From assembly GCF_030144855.1 (NCBI RefSeq), contig NW_026779229.1, positions 124,001 through 188,000 on the forward strand: a stretch of 64,000 nt of DNA. The letters run 5' to 3'. This document shows, one piece after another, positions 62,640 to 64,000 of this stretch. Every line of letters begins with the position of its first letter. Positions within the stretch are counted from its first letter, which is position 1. The stretch comes from Hypanus sabinus. Taxonomy: Eukaryota. The position numbers and the translations under genes are program-made. The notes beneath the pieces are model-generated. The model saw only the letters and a list, made by a program, of their open reading frames with translations, ran no database searches and was not told the origin of the DNA.

Positions 62640-63384
62640 CAACACTGAGGAGTCCAGCAGAACAGAGGGATCTAGGAATACAGATACAAAATTCCCTAAA
62701 AGTGGCGTCACAGCGAGACAAGAGTAGTAAAGAGAGCTTTTGGTACATTGTCCTTTATAAATCAAAGTATTGCGTATAAGAGTTGGAATGTAATGGTGAG
62801 GTTGTATAAGACATTGGTGAGACCGAAATTGGAGTATTGTGTGCAGTGTTGATCTCCGAATTACAGGAAGGATATTAATAATGTTCAAAGAGTGCAGAGA
62901 AGGTTTACAAGGATGTTGCCGGGACTCGAGAAACTGAGCTACAGAGAACAGTTGACTAGTTTAGGAATTTATTCCCTGGAGTGTAGGAGAATGAGGGTAA
63001 ATTTGTTAGAGTGTATATACAATTATGATGGGTATAGATAGAGTGAATGCAAGCCGGCTTTTGCCACTGAGGCTAGGGGAGAAAAAAATAAACAGAGGAC
63101 ATGGGTTAAGGGTGAAGGGGGGAAAGTTTAAAGGGGACATTAGGGTGGGGGGATTCTTCACGCAGAGTGGTGGGAGTGTGGAATGAGCTGTCAGATGAAA
63201 TGGTGAATGCGGGTTCACTTTTGACATTTAAGAAAAACTTGGACAGGTATATGGATGAGAGGGGTTTGGAGGGGTATTGCCCAGGTGCAGGTCAGTGGGA
63301 CTAGGCAGAAAAATGGTTTGGCACAGCCATGAAAGGCCAAAAGGCCTGTTTGGTGCTGTAATGTTCTATGGTTCTATGGTTCTA
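62640..63384 (+). mobile_element. CR1 3' fragment with a (TTCTATGG)n tail
   Basis: RDLGIQIQNSLKV, LVRPKLEYC; tail ttctatggttctatggttcta. Confidence 0.9.
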
Positions 63385-64000
63385 AAAAGATAACGAATGG
63401 AACAACGTCCATCCATGGAAGATATCGCCACGATTTGAGCAGACTAGATTTTGACAAGAACGGCTGGCTCTGAATTGAAGGTTTCATCCCAGAAACAGAA
63501 GGATTTCTTATGGCAACATGGGAACAGTTGGTTAGCACAAAAATATCTAAAATACAAAAGCAAAAGACCAACAAATTGAAGATGATAAATTCAGACAAAG
63601 ACAAGAGATACAATCCAACACATTACAAGATCTTGCAGTATTGATTAATTACAGTGGAAAGCATCATTCATCAAAATATTGCTTCACAGTGCACATTCTT
63701 AAAAGACACAGTACCTTACTATAAAGACAAAACTGATTCAGTTTTAGAATCAGAGTTCTGCAAATTACACTATGGCTGATCCATCTTTACAGATAGGACT
63801 ATGTATCCAGGATAAAAAGGCAAGAAGAACTTACTTACTGATTAGACATAACCATTCCAAACACACGTGACATACAGAAATCAATTGCTGAAAAACAGCA
63901 GAAATCTGCTGAATTAGCAAAATAAACTGAAAGACTGTGCAGCACTATGTCCCAGTAGTAATATCTGCAACTGGTATCATCCCAAAGTCACTACATATTA
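63385..64000 (+). mobile_element. R4/Dong-like (restriction-like endonuclease) non-LTR retrotransposon C-terminal fragment, decayed
   Basis: IHGRYRHDL, PETEGFLMA, TIQHIT, IIHQN, LDITIPN, EKQQKSAEL, TGIIPK remnants. Confidence 0.75.

Noticed and set aside
55618-64000. NACHT exon of the NLR
   Set aside because: No long ORF or Walker A motif found; the region is filled with retroelements, so the exon is presumed to lie outside the window.

Overview
Repeat-rich vertebrate genomic DNA. The repeat families and gene types suggest a cartilaginous fish, probably a ray (inference). There are two host genes, oriented divergently. (1) An intact single-coding-exon GT31 beta-1,3-N-acetylglucosaminyltransferase (B3GNT3-like) on the minus strand at 10430-11587. 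(2) The 5' half of a plus-strand multi-exon chondrichthyan NLR (NLRC3/NLRP3-like) gene, which the ORF track does not assemble. Six phase-compatible exons (45916-55617) splice into a 320-codon frame encoding a hydrophobic TM-like segment, an amphipathic/low-complexity linker and the CARD-like domain. The NACHT/LRR exons were not found and presumably lie beyond 64000. Between the two genes is a tandem array of a ~2.9-kb non-coding module with conserved splice signals (about 7 complete, partial or inverted copies). Individual copies have been hit by L1, Penelope and CR1 insertions, and in one copy the embedded Tc1 relic appears to have seeded a 30-bp minisatellite with higher-order repeats. The rest is decayed CR1, L1, Rex1/Babar, R4/Dong, Penelope (with hammerhead-ribozyme cores), Tc1 and LTR-like relics, simple repeats and three assembly gaps. 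All family assignments come from motif recognition, not database searches.
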